Part shown: positions 1-14,532 of the stretch, piece by piece
Numbering within the stretch: position 1 is the first letter of the stretch
Layout: every line of letters starts with the position of its first letter
From: the human T2T-CHM13v2.0 reference genome, Homo sapiens
DNA: 64,000 nucleotides
Reading direction: 5' to 3' (one strand)
Assembly (NCBI RefSeq): GCF_009914755.1
Contig: NC_060933.1
The notes under the pieces: generated by a model
Database searches by the model: none
Seen by the model: the letters and a program-made list of their open reading frames with translations, nothing else
What the model was told of the DNA's origin: nothing
Translations under genes and position numbers: made by a program

Positions 1-467
1 CCTTTAAAATACTGTATGTTTCTATTATGTTTATACTGTGTCCTTATCATGTAAGCTGGAACTCTTGTTCAGAATTAACTGCCCTGTTTTCTGAGCTCTG
101 GTACAGTCTTCTTATATTTCAATTATCATACTTCCTAAAAGTTAATTTTTCAAATATCTGTATCTTGTCCAAGATGTAAACTCCTTTTTTATCTTTTCAT
201 ACTCTCTCATCCATTCATCCCGAGATTTGGTTTGAGTCTTTGCATATCACAAGTGTATTGAAATAAGCTTGCAAGTATCACAGTCTGCATCTTGACAGTC
301 ACATTCGTAAGAGGAGGGCTTGCACTCCGGCTGGAGTTACGTGAGAATCCACGTCCAACGAATGAATATGGCTTTAAGGGGGACACTTCCATTTTCGCTT
401 AAAACCAGAAATTGTTGAACTTAATTATCACCAGCAGTAATTCAGACATCAAAGCTCTAGGCCTCTC

Positions 468-1090
468 TGTATTAGTTTTCCGTTGCTATGTATCAGAAAT
501 GTAGCAGTTTACTGCAATAAAAATTTATGAGCTCACAATTTTTATAGGTCAGAAGAATAGGCATGGTGTGGCTGAATTTTCTGCTGTGCTCCGTGACTCA
601 CTGGGCTGATGTCAAGGTATTGGCCAGGGCTCTGGATCTCATCTGGGGCTTGGAATCTTCTTCCAAGCTCAGTAGCTGTTGGCAGAACTCATTTCCTTAT
701 GGTTGCAGGACTAGAAGCCGTTTCTTGCTGGCTGTCAGCTGGGGTGCTCTCAGTTCCTAGAAGCCACCCACCTTCCTTGCCCCACAGACCCCTTCATCTC
801 TAAGCCAGCAATGGACACTCTCCCCTCTACTTTGGCCCCTCCTTCCACTGTGATTCTCTCTGACTGGCCTGTCTCTGACCCCTAACTCAGGTTTCAAGGG
901 CTCCGTTGATTCCATCAAGCCTATGAGGATAATTGCTCTACCTTAAGGTCAACTGATTTGGGACCTTAATTACATCTGTAAAATCCTTTCAGAGTAGCAC
1001 CTAAATCAGTGTGGTTAAATAATTTGAAGAAGTGTGTCTACACCGGGATATGCCAATCTTGGAGGCCATCTTAGAATTCTGCCTAACACA
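468..1090 (-). mobile_element. MaLR LTR, MLT1E/F-like
   Basis: Starts tgtattagtttt and ends ggccatcttagaattctgcctaacaca, typical MLT1E/F termini in reverse orientation. Confidence 0.75.
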
Positions 1091-1383
1091 TTCACCAATA
1101 TGACAAGTTGCAAGCTTTGCTTACCTGTCTGTGCTGGACCTACCAAGTCTTCTCCCTGTGTCTTGTAGTTATGTAGACAGAGGAGATCAGCAACCTCCAT
1201 CTGACATTAAAAGTGCTGCTTCTTGAAGAGGGAGGGAAGATATAGCTCTGACTTTATCCTTCAACATGAGTGATGTTTCATGGCGTTTGGAAGATGCCCT
1301 TGTAAGTCAGTTGCCTGTTAAGACACAACCTTAGTGAGTTGACCACTAGTGAGCATTAAAGGCTTTTTAAAAATGGTATTATG

Positions 1384-1705
<322 letters not shown>

Positions 1706-1722
1706 TTATGAATGGTCTAAGA

Positions 1723-2218
1723 TAGGGGTCAGCAAACTACAGCCAGCCACCTGGTGTTTTTTTTTTTTTTTTTTTTTTAGACGGAGTCTTGCCTCACTCT
1801 GTCACCAGGCTGGTGTGCAGTGTGACCTCGGCTCACTGCAGCCTCTGACTCCCTGGTTCAAGCGATTCTCCTGCCTCAGCCTCCTGAGTAGCTGGGATTA
1901 CAGGCGTGTGCCACCACACTCAGCTAATTTTTGTACTTTTAGTAGAGACGAAGTTTCACCATGTTAGCCAGGATGGTCTCAATCTCCTGACCTCGTGATC
2001 CGCCTGCCTCGGCCTCCCAAAGTGTTGGGATTACAGGCGTGAGCCACTGCGCCTGGGAGCCACCTGTTTTTATAAGTAAAATATTGGATAACAATCATGC
2101 CTATTCATTTGCAAATGATCTCTGGCTGCTCGTGTGGCACTACTACCAGGTTGAGTACTGAACTCAACTCTCTGACAACAGAAAAATACTCTCTAGCCCT
2201 TTACGCTGGTGACTCGTG
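1723..2218 (+). mobile_element. MER58A-like hAT-Charlie MITE interrupted by an Alu
   Basis: aggggtcagcaaactac terminus; 8-bp TSD gtctaaga at 1715-1722 and 2219-2226. Confidence 0.75.
1757..2056 (-). mobile_element. AluS/Y (Sc-like)
   Basis: Poly-T followed by antisense Alu; TSD agccacctg. Confidence 0.95.
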
Positions 2219-2226
2219 GTCTAAGA

Positions 2227-2400
2227 CCATTCCCACAGTTGCCTGATGATAAGTATCACCTGGATCATTTGTTAACAAGACAATTTCTGGGCCCAGTGTA
2301 GACCCACTGATTCAGAATCTCTGGGGCGAGGGAGAGGGGTGGGGGTGGGAAGCTGTGCTGAGCAAGCTTCGCAGGTGATTCTCATCACCACGGAAGGAGT
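2227..2400. mobile_element. MER5A-like hAT MITE
   Basis: atcacctgga...actgattcagaatctctgggg...caggtgattctcat motifs. Confidence 0.65.
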
Positions 2401-3730
2401 GGTCTCAGGTGTGCCTTCCTGCCAGGTGAGGGAGAGCCTTTAAAAGAGGAGTAGAGCTCCTCTACTCCTCTTTTAAAAAGAGCACAGACTTTTTTTTTTT
2501 TTTTTTTTTCTCTTCTCCTTCTCACTGTCTGGGTCTGCTTCTCAGCACTGCCTTGTGAACGATCACCATCTCAGGTAAGTTACATTTAATCCTCGGTTTA
2601 TTTACCTCAGAAATGAGGATAATGATGTTTAATTGTTAGCATGCACATATATGCAGAGGGCCTAATACAAGGTCAGTGCTTAATATTGGCAACCCTCAGT
2701 AAGAGGAGAAGCACAGTATACACATCAGATGATCCGAAGGCAGCAACCACTCATGGATAAGATGAGCCAGGCTAAGTCTTTACAACAATACTCCACGGTG
2801 CATAAGCAGCTCTGTCAAAAAGAAAAACTTCCTATAAAGCAATCTTATTACAGAGTGCTTCCAGGACAGCAGAAAGCCCCTTAGAAACTCAAAATTCCCT
2901 GCAGACCACTGAATATTGCAAGAGGTCATAACTGATTAGGATATAACTGAGTTTGCAAAGGAATACTTAATTTTGTGATTGAGAACCCTGGTACTTAGCA
3001 GGAAACCTTTTCTTCCCCCCTATTTCTGAGGTTAATGCTTTTAGAAATCACTGCCTGATGAGATCATGCAAATTCAGCCATCTGTATAGCTGTTGAAAGA
3101 AAGTTTTTAGATAAATTGCTATGCCTTTGCCACATAAATCCTCATAAGATACAGGACTCCAATAATACTTCAAGTTACAAGGGAGTTTCATATTTTACTA
3201 AAAGGGGGAAAAATCAATCTTGAATCTCTTAGTCCAGTGACCAAAGAATCACTTCATTGATTTTGTTCAGCTACTCAGGTGGGTGTACAATTTATCCTGA
3301 TCTGATCTTATCTGATTTAAAGTTTACTTTTTCTGGGAAGTATTAATTTGAGTGTTATATGGATAGTACTGTAATACCAGACCCTCTTTACGGCCACTTT
3401 GCACAGCTTATATAAACATCCCAGGATAGAGTTTCGTTTTAATGTTTTCTCAAATTTAGAATTTGTGTTGGCTGCAAGTTATTCCCCTTTTCAACAGAAG
3501 AGGGAGGCAGAGGCTTGTCTAATAACTAAATAAATAAAATACAATAAAAAATAGTGTACCTAAGAACCAGGCTAGAGGGAAAGGGATCTGTACTCTTTTT
3601 AGGGAATCAGGTAAACAAGAACAGGATGAATTCTGCCAAGCATGATTTAGATTTTAAGAAAAAAAAATTGGAAATTGAGTGTTTTGCTGATTTAATATTT
3701 CAATTTCAGTTTCTAAAAAAGTACCAGCTG

Positions 3731-3845
3731 GTATTATGCTCACTGCCTGGGCAACAAGATCATTAGAAGCCCAAACCTCAGTCTCATGCAATATACCCAC
3801 ATAACAAACCTGCACATGTACCCCATGAATCTAAACTAAAAACCG
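3731..3845 (+). mobile_element. L1P 3' end fragment
   Basis: gcaatatacccacataacaaacctgcacatgtacccc..tgaatctaaa, the L1P 3'UTR end. Confidence 0.8.
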
Positions 3846-4674
3846 AAATATGTAGTGTGAATCCTATTTAGTGAAAAGCAAAACATAGACGATAACACAC
3901 TGATAAATTAACAGCAATTATTTCTGTGTAGTATTTTTGGTTAAGTATTTTCTATATAATTTTCAATAGTTTCCAAATCTATGAGAATAAGCATGTATTC
4001 TTTTACAACCAAAATAAACTCTGCAGAGGGCAGGGGGAGGGATATTCACTTTTATGAAATGCAATGTTGGGATCTTGCTAATACCCTAAAACATAGCGGG
4101 ATGGACACAGGGTACTTCAGGGTCTGATAACTCCCTAAGCAAACTGCTGGGCAGCAGGCCACCTGGCTGACTCTGGGCTAGCTGCTACAGTATTTCTTTG
4201 CTGTCATTCCAGGGGAAAAGCTAGAGATGCTGACCGCAATTAGCTGCATGAGTTCCTGCTGGGATTGTCTGACTCTAGGAGATTCTCTTAGACTAATGTC
4301 TCCTGGGCAGATGCCCCACCCCAACTCCCAAAGAGTTCCTGTGGTTCACACCTGGTGCCATTCAGCCGCCAGGCCCTGCTTAGTAAGCCCCCTAGAAAGG
4401 CTGCAGTTAATTAAAAATTCAGAGGGGCTGCGCCTACCTAGCCTACCTAGTGAGGCAGCCGTTGGGGCTAGAACTTTATCACCTGTGGGCTTCTGTATCC
4501 TATAGTTTCCAAGGGGAGGGTGGGGAGGGAAGATGCAGGTCCTTATTTGATGGGAGAGGTGAATATTTGGGTTTTGGGCTTGTTTCACTTCAGAGATTCA
4601 CCCATTCAGACACATAAGAGAATATAAGTTTTATTTTTTATGTTTTGTCCCTGGCATCAGAAAACTCTAGGAGA

Positions 4675-4865
4675 TAGAGGCATTGGAGTCAGCTGAACTG
4701 GGCTGAGTTTGATGCCACTTGCCAGCAGTGTGACCTTGGGATTTCTGGTCTTTCATCTGTAGAATGGAAATTATAATACCAGTCTTGTCATCCTCAGAGA
4801 TTATTGTGAATAGCCAGTGAAATATGCGTATGAAAGTGTTTTTGAAATGACAAAGTACTGTGTAT
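4675..4865 (+). mobile_element. MIR
   Basis: ggagtcag...gtgtgaccttggg...tcatctgtagaatgg core. Confidence 0.75.
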
Positions 4866-4943
4866 AATGTGTGTAGGGGATGGTGTCCCAGATTGAAGTT
4901 AAATGAGATCCAGGACTGTGATAGGTCACAAGAAGAGGGGAGG

Positions 4944-5101
4944 CAGGGCCAGGACTACCATGGAGCAAGCAGGGTGGCCAGGGTGCAAAATTTGAGGAGG
5001 CACTTCCTTACAGGGGTGGTCATATGCCTCCTCTGAGTGGGCAAGACCCTGAGAGTGAGGGTCTTGTTAAATTTATCTCACCCACCCTACTCCTGGTCCT
5101 G
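4944..5101. mobile_element. MER45-like hAT-Tip100 MITE
   Basis: cagggcc...ggtcctg termini; ccagggtgcaaaatttgaggaggcac. Confidence 0.6.
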
Positions 5102-5158
5102 AGTGTAAGTAAAATCTGTGCCTATTAAAATTACAAATGCAATATATGTTCATTGTAG

Positions 5159-5535
<377 letters not shown>

Positions 5536-5949
5536 TTCCTTGCATTTTTTATCCATTTGCAATGTTAAGCTAGGCTTCTTGCTCTCACTTAATGGGCAGC
5601 ACAGAAACATGCAAAAGAAACACAAATCTGATCACAAGACCTCTGTGGGTGTTCTAGATCTTTGTTATAGATTTACTTGCGGACTCTGAAAGGATCACAC
5701 GGTGCATGACACAGCAAAATTTACTTAAACCCTACTTTACCCAGCTTTCTCTTCCCTGGGCCGAGTCTTGTGGCAGTTGCTCCAAGATCTCCATTTCCTC
5801 TCCTTGTAAACGCTCTTAGGTACCTCTTTTTCTCTACCTCCTAGCTAGACGCTACCCTTCATCCACTAGCTCCTCTTTCATGTTGTTACGTGTAAAACCA
5901 TCTGGCCAGTCCAGGACTCTAACACTTGTTATTATTATCTCCCAAATCA

Positions 5950-6680
<731 letters not shown>

Positions 6681-7007
6681 AACAGCAGATTATGGGAGGG
6701 GCGATTGGGAGCATAGCATGGGATTGATCTGTCCCTGGTATTTTTCTTCCTGACCCATCTCCACTGGATTCATGTTGAAAAACCGTTTTCATTTATGGCT
6801 GAGGGGTTGTAAGTAAAAACTGGGGGAGCTATTTTTCTAAAAAAAAAAAAAATCCTCAGTAATATATTGTAGCACAAATATTACTTGGGAGTAATAGCTC
6901 AGAAGAGGAATGAGGAGTTTCTGCCTATTACGCCAAGTAAACCATCCTGTAACTTTAGCCAAGCTGGGGTCCCAGGTCTGGGAGTGTGTGATGAAGTCGT
7001 GCAGACA

Positions 7008-7024
7008 CAGCGCCACCCAGTGGC
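7008..7024 (-). promoter_or_regulatory. Candidate CTCF site
   Basis: Reverse complement GCCACTGGGTGGCGCTG, one mismatch to the CCASYAGRKGGCRS core; in non-repeat sequence. Confidence 0.5.
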
Positions 7025-9470
7025 TGTCTGGTGAGGACGGGATTGTTTGCAGGGATGAGTGCAAAATCCCTGGGAACTCCTAGAGATGCCGGAGAGGGCA
7101 TTTTACTGGAGGCTGAGGTCCTGCTTGAGCAGCAGGGAAGATTGGAGCCAGTGACATTTGGGTTATTGATGAAGTGACTTCATATGTAGCCATAGGCTTG
7201 TGCCTGAGGCAACTCAGGTTACTGTTGCTTTTGAATGCATTTGCATTTTATGTCTCACACAGTATCTACGTCTATTGGAACAAAATAGTGGCACTGTATG
7301 GGAGCGAGTTCTTCCTTGCTCTCTAGGCAGTGCTTATATGACTTCAGAGACCTCTGCCATAACTCTGTGGTCCATAAATTGGGAACGACTGAGATGGGAT
7401 ATTGAAAAGCTGAGTGCAAATGAAATCATTAACTCAATGTCAGGGGGAGCATGCTTTTGAAAGGAATCCTACAGTGAATTCTCATCATGCTGAAGGAACT
7501 CCCTGTCGCTCATACTCAAGATCCTAGAATGCCTCCCCGATGTAACAAATCAACTTCACAGGCAGCTTGTTATCCTTTCTTCCACTTGAAGGTCCCACCC
7601 TATAAGAGCTCTATTTCCTACAGCTCTGGATTAGGACAGGTGCGGTCTGTCATTGCTATCGGGCCAACTCTATGCTTATTTCTGCTTCTCTTAGTTTCTG
7701 TTTTTCTACCTCTGTGAAATGCCGCCTGTGACCCTTTAGTAACTCAAAGCCTACCATATTTCCATGCCCTTGTTAAAGTCCTTCTTAAGGCTCCCAGAAG
7801 TCCTCTCAGCCAACTTGGTCCGAAGTGACCTTTCCTTCTGCAAACTCCTCATTCTTTGACCTTTGGTATCATAAGTTTGGCATGTTACTTGTCTTCTCAG
7901 CTAGACTCTAAATTCTCTGAAGTCAGTGATGTTTAATGTCATCATAGCTCCTTGAAGCAAGGTGCTAGACACAAAAGAGTGAAATAGTATTTAACTTATT
8001 GTGTAACAAAGAATAGCAAACCTGAGTGATTTTTCTGGTAAACTTGGCTCTTCATCTATTGGATCTGCTGCAAGTACATTTTAAAAATCTTTATTGTCTC
8101 TCTCTTTAATCCACCCATTCATTCATATATACGAAGTGCTATTTACATGCCAGGCACATCCCTATTTGGCAGAGAGTGGAGAAAAAACCTTGATATTTTT
8201 ATAACTGTGACAAATGGGCAGCCTGTGCTCTGTGGACAGGGAGGGCCCTGACGACCCACCAGCAGTGGCTTTGAAGATGTCTGTTTCTCCAGTTGCGTTT
8301 GTCCTCTATGTTCTTACCTGTGCCCTGTAGATCTGCGTTAAATGCTTGTAAGAGGCTGGACAAAGCTATGGGGCATGGACTTTCACTACTTTCACTTTCA
8401 ATGGAGATGTGTTCCTGTGAAAAGCTTGCCCATCGCTGTAGAAAATCGAGCCAGTTGCTCATAAAAGCTGAGCTAGTCTGCCTGGAAGAGGGATTGAAAA
8501 CCCAGACCACCTTGATTGTGTGTCTATATTCTCGCCCTAGAGCACTGCTTGGGAAGTATCTGTTGAACGAGTGGTGTTCATACTTCTATTGGTGGCGACC
8601 ATGCTTACTCCGCTTTTGGTTGACTTTTTCTACGTGAACAATATTTTGCTAGCCTCTGGGTTAAGAGTAGTTATTTAATGCACACAGACCAATAGGCAAC
8701 CGCTAAATGGTAGAAGTTTAGGGGATGTACTATCTTGGGAGGATTTATACCAATTACTCAACTGCCTGAATACCAAGTTCCTTCCTATTAGCTTTATAAT
8801 AAGATAAACTAGTTCTCACATTTATCCCAAGAAGACAGGCTTATCCATATCATCTATATTTTAGCAGGCAGTACCAAACTTCAAGCCTCCAACACATTTT
8901 AAATCTTGCCATGTTGTATATTTTAAGTATCATTAAAAAGCCACTTTCTTACTTTAAAAATATGTGTGCAATATATTTTATGAAACCTATAGCAAGTCTA
9001 TGAAAAATTGATTATTTTTTCCATAGGGATATGTTCAAATGATTTTCATTCTGCTCACCAAATGAAAAATCTAGCTCACATTATGTCCTTTATCTTATTT
9101 ACTCCCTCTCCTGTGTATATAATCACCATGTTCCCAAACAAAGAGAAATGGGTTACTGTGTTTGGGTAGCCAAATAATTTCCTGTATTGGGCAAAGGAGT
9201 TGATGCAGATCTAAACTAGGAAGCATGCATTTCCCTTTCAGATGCCTTATTTTCCTATTCTGTACCCTCTTCCGGCCAACTCTACGTGGGCTGGGTCAGA
9301 GTATGCGATGGGGGTGCTGTAGTGAGTGGCAGGCAACTGTGGCTGCTGGTGGAGCGAACACATGATGGAAACATCAGTCACTGCAGGACTCCAGGAAGAT
9401 GCAAGGAGCTTCACAGACAAAGATAAGAATTGTTCTGTGCTTTAGTCAGGATTATTTCTTAAAAACGTGT

Positions 9471-9739
9471 GCCAGGGCACAGTGGCTCATGCCTGTAATC
9501 CCAGCACTTTGGAAAGCCGGGGCAGGCAGATTGCTTGAGGCCAGGAGTTTGAGACCCGCATGGGCAACATGGTGAAACCCCAACTCTACTAAAATTACAA
9601 AAATTAGTGCGGTGATGCCCTGTAATCCCAGCTACTTGGGAGGCTGAGGCAGGAGAATCGCTTGAACCTGGGAGGCAGGTTGCAGTGAGCCGAGTTTGCA
9701 CCATTGCACTCCAGCCTGGGCAACAAAATGAGACTCTGT
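9471..9739 (+). mobile_element. Alu lacking poly(A) tail
   Basis: Dimer ends at gagactctgt and runs straight into unique sequence. Confidence 0.9.
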
Positions 9740-10629
9740 GTTCCCATTTACCTTCTGTGGTGCTCCTTCCTACAGGCTGATCATGGCTGAGGTTGTCTTC
9801 CCTAGTATCCACTTTCTCCCTGTTCCTTGGGGTCAGAACCATGGCAGGAGGTATCACCAACAGCTCCTCTGTACCTGAGTCTCTTCCCAACTGTTCCCCA
9901 CCAACTCTTCCATCCGAGAGTCCCGGGTACTTGTAAAACCCTCAGGACAGACAGAGGGTAGGGGAATTGGGCAGCTTGTCAGAGTGACAGTGAGATGAAG
10001 ATCAAGTCTCACCCATAGCTAAGGTAGGAATCAAAAGAGCCTTTGGAGCTGGGGTACCAGTTGAGTGCACCACCTTTGTTTCACAAATGAGGATGAGACA
10101 GGCAATGAACAGAGGCTCAAGAGACAGTTGTGATAATTTCTGAGTACAGGGGAATAGGAGAGTCTAGGGAAATGGGATTTAGCAGGCAACGGGAGCAGGA
10201 AATTGGACATCGTGATGTCTGGCGTGCCAGTGCCTGACCCAGTAAGCCGAAGAGTGGAGTCAGATGTGACTGGAGTGGAGGATTCAGGGGGTCACTTAAG
10301 CTGGGGCCACATTGTGGAAGATCTCAAGAACCATGATGGGGAGTTATAAATGATCTATGCATGGAGGGGCCCCGCGGGTTTTTGAGATTGAGATTTTTGA
10401 AGGCATGATCTGATCTGAGGCTTTGGAATCACCATAAAAAGAATTTAGAGGTTGTCCTGTGTTGTGGTTTTAAACGTGTACTCTGAGGAACCGCCTTAGG
10501 GGCTGCTCTTGTGGAGGTGGTGAAAGGATCTGGGAAAAGCCAAGAGGCTAGGATCTTGGGCCCCTGCTTGCGCTAAATCAGGCAGCCCTGCCCCTGTTTT
10601 TCTTATCGAGCTGCCAGGTAAAATTTCTT

Positions 10630-10855
10630 CTTTTTCTTGTGATAAAGAACATAGAAGGTAAAATTTACCATCTTAACCACTTTTAGTTGTACAGTTCAGT
10701 AAAGCATATTCACATTGCTGTGAAACAGATCTCTAGAACTATTCCACTTGCAAAACAAACTCTATACCCTTTGAATAACCACTCCCCGTTCGACCCTTCC
10801 ATCCCAAACCCCTGGTAAACCACCTTCCTCTTTTGTGTTTTTATGAATTTGGTCG
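10630..10855 (-). mobile_element. L1MA/MB 3' fragment inside an old hAT (MER102-like) element
   Basis: aaaatttaccatcttaaccacttttagttgtacagttcagt, the antisense L1M 3' end. Confidence 0.7.
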
Positions 10856-11029
10856 GTCATGTAAGATTTATTTTGAAAAACAGTGCTAGAGCTGAGATGG
10901 TTGGAAAGCCATTGATCGATCATCCTACCCCGCTTTCTCCTGGCTTTGACAAAGAGAAGGCTGAGGTCCCGGAAGCCAAAGTGGCCACCTTGTGATGAAG
11001 ACGTCATGCACACAGATACTTAAACCAGG

Positions 11030-11260
11030 GTGCCAGGAATCTAGGTTCTGTGTCTACAGTTTTGTAGACTAGGTTCTGCTGCTGTGTGTGTGATAGTCGT
11101 CAAGCAGCCGATTTAACTTGGTGCCTCGGTTTTCTTATCTGTTAAAGGATGTGACAGTAACAGCATCTCCCTGATAGACTTGTTGTGAGGATTAAGCCAG
11201 GTAATGTAAATAAAGCACTTTCAACCGGGCCTGGCACTTATATAAGTGTTTGCTGTTATT
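11030..11260 (+). mobile_element. MIR carrying a 28-nt templated insertion
   Basis: gtgcctcggttttcttatctgttaaagg core and ttgttgtgaggattaa. Confidence 0.7.
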
Positions 11261-12529
11261 AAGTGACTTCCTGGCACAGCATGGCTCCTTATGAAGAAAG
11301 CTGTTCCTATGGACCTATAACCAGTGCCTGTGCTGCATGCTCTGTCTCCTGAGTCTTTCACCTAACACTGAATAGATGGCTTTGACTCAACCTGCCTGCC
11401 TTCTACATAGCCCTGTTTCTCATCTGGGGCATGCCACTGATGTCAAAGGATGCTCCATCAAGACCTTAATTTTCAAGGGGAAAGTGGTAGAGGACACATC
11501 ACATAGCACAGGAGGAATGGACATCCTGTGACATTAATCTGAAAAGTAGTTATGGAACGCTTTAGATAAGGCAGTGGCTTAGGTGCTGAGGATACTGAAT
11601 GAACAGACCAGGCAAAAGTCCCACTGTCATAGAGCCTGCATTCTAGCAGGGCAAAGCTTTGCAATGCAGACCTTTCAATAAATGAAATGCTTTTCTTGGA
11701 CTCGTATGCCCCAGGAAGATGAAAAGTTTGCATAAAAATGCTCAGATTTGGAAATGGAACACTTTAGACTTATTGCTATAGTGCCTCTGAAAAGTGGTTT
11801 GTAAAAATAGATACTAAAAATGATGCAGACATACTGGTGCTCTTAGGTTGAGACAATTTTTCAGGTACAAAGTTTCCAAATCGATTTATCTCAAGTTCTG
11901 ATTCAAGGGTTGTGTATATAGTACAGTTTGTCATCTTTAGAACTTGGTGAGGACAGCATTAGGCTTGTTTTACTTGTGCTTCAATCAGATGTCAGGAGGA
12001 ATGTGGGATTCCACCTGCCGATGCCTCTCCGGGGCTTCATCCTTTCCTCCTCAATATGAGCAGATGACATTCAGATACCCAGCAGCAGAAGCAGAGACGG
12101 TGTGGGGACTAGTTTTGTTGGGGAAGAAAATAGGAATTGCCATTAGACTAGGATGAACTGAAGCTCACCTGTCACAGGGTGGGGACTATTCTGTGAGGAA
12201 AGAAAGAAAAGAATGGTCACACAGAGCACTCAGCTGCTTGTGAGTCCCCTATGCCATGTGCACTGCAGCCATTGCTATAAAGCACAGCACTTCCTTCCTT
12301 GGATCCTACAAATGCTTCATTTGTAGACACTTCCCAACACCGTGCTTCCAGGTGCCACTGCCAGTCAAGGCTGGTGGGTGATGTGCATCTCATGGACCAT
12401 CAGGAGCTACTGGTGGCCATTAAAGTCATTAGACACATGGGAGCTATGACTCAGAGACCCATACAGCCTATCATTACCCCCACTTCTTTCTCATGAAGTC
12501 TCCCCTATTTTGTTGAGGTAGGGGTGGAG

Positions 12530-13325
12530 ATCCCTTGACCTTAGGGAATAAGGGCTCTTTTTCAGCCCTAGGGGATGGCTTAGGGAGGTCTAGGCCAGTT
12601 GTAGTAGTCCCATTTCCTTTTGCCAGCCTTTTGTGCAGCTCTAAGTGGCTACATGACACTGGCTGCTGAGTCCCTTGGCAGTTTCTGGGAAAGACTTCTT
12701 TTTCTGTTTCTTTTTTTTTTTATTATTATTTTGAGACAGGGTCTCACTCTATCACACAGGCAGGAGTGCAGTGGTGTGATCTCAGTTCACTGTGCAACCT
12801 GCATCTCCCGGGCTTAAAGAATCCTCTCACCTCAGCCTTCTGAGTAGCTGAGACTACATATGTGTGCCACCATACCAGGCTAATTTTTGTATTTTTAGTA
12901 GAGACGGGGTTTTTGCCATGTTACCCAGGCTGGTCTCAAACTCCTGAGCACCTCCTTGCCTTGGCATCCCAAAGTGCTGGGATTACAGGTGTGAGCAACC
13001 ATATCCAGCTGACTTTTTAATTTCTCAGATAAAAAGGCATAAAAGTTATTTTTTGAGGAGAAAGCTTTTTGCCCACCCTTTTCTTCTAGTGTAGCACACT
13101 GTTACAATGATACAATGCCCGGAGCAGTAGCAGCCGGTTTGCAAACCTGAGTTATCAAAAAAAGAAAATTGGACAGAAGCTAGTTGGATCCCTGAGACTA
13201 GATTATCACTGCATCTGGGCTGCTTTCTCCCAGATTTCCTGTTACATGAGACAATTGGGGATGTCTTTGTCATGCCAGTCAGGCTCTCTGTCACTGGAGA
13301 CTGAGAGGATTCTAAAACTGATAGA
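12530..13325 (+). mobile_element. ERVL LTR16-family LTR interrupted by AluJ
   Basis: ttctgggaaaga...ggagcagtagcagcc...ctgataga terminus. Confidence 0.55.
12697..13010 (-). mobile_element. AluJ
   Basis: Diverged antisense Alu (gagacagggtctcactct). Confidence 0.9.
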
Positions 13326-13335
13326 GCAATTTTAG

Positions 13336-13713
<378 letters not shown>

Positions 13714-14222
13714 TAACCAAGAGACTATGTAGCCTAATGTCCCAAATTGCTATGATTCTGACTTGGGCTCATCAAACTTTAGTTTTGGAGGGAAAAGAAA
13801 CCATCAGAGAACATCGAATCCTGGGTTTCCCAAGGTGGATTCTGTTGAATTACAGACATAAAAGATACTTGCACCCAAAAGCGTTCCACAGCCAAGTAGG
13901 TTTGAGAACACTTCCTACCACATCCCCTTCTCAGAAGAGACTAGGTTCTGTGTCTACAGTTTTGTCTATTCTTCCACAGCCCATGCTCAGGACCTCCTCC
14001 TTTCTTGTTTGGACCTGCGCTGTAGCCTTACTTCTGGCATTGCTGCATCCCTTTATTCCCTATGCTCTTTGACTACTAATCTCTCTCGTTGCCTTCATTC
14101 ACTCACAGCCGAGCACTTGGTAGGTGCTATGCACCGTTGCAGTTGCTGGAGACATGACAAAAAACAAAACAGGAGATATCCACCCTCATGGAGCTTACAT
14201 TTCAGTCAAGACAGGTACGCAT

Positions 14223-14532
14223 GGCCAGATGCCATGGCTCATGCCTATAATCCCGGCACTTCGGGAGGATGAGGTGGATGGATCTCCTGAGCCCAGGAAT
14301 TCAAGACCAGCCTTGGCAACATGGAGAAACCCTATCTCTACAAAAAAAAATACAAAATTAGCCAGATGTGGTGGTGTATGCCTGTAGTCCCAGCTAGGAG
14401 GCCGAGGCATGAGGATCACTTGGGCCTGAGAGGTTGAGGCTGTAGTAAGCCATGGATGCACAACTGCACTGCAACCTGGGCAAGACCCTGTCAAAAAAAA
14501 CAAAACAAAAAAAAACAAAAAACAAAAAACAA
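14223..14532 (+). mobile_element. AluJ with (CAAAA)n tail
   Basis: Diverged dimer with J-type gagcccaggaattcaag. Confidence 0.9.

Noticed and set aside
207-400. 61-aa ORF and local CpG retention
   Set aside because: No recognisable protein or clear splice signals; a few CpGs are not enough to call an exon or regulatory element
2323-2349. G-quadruplex-like G runs
   Set aside because: Common motif inside a MER5 relic with no supporting context
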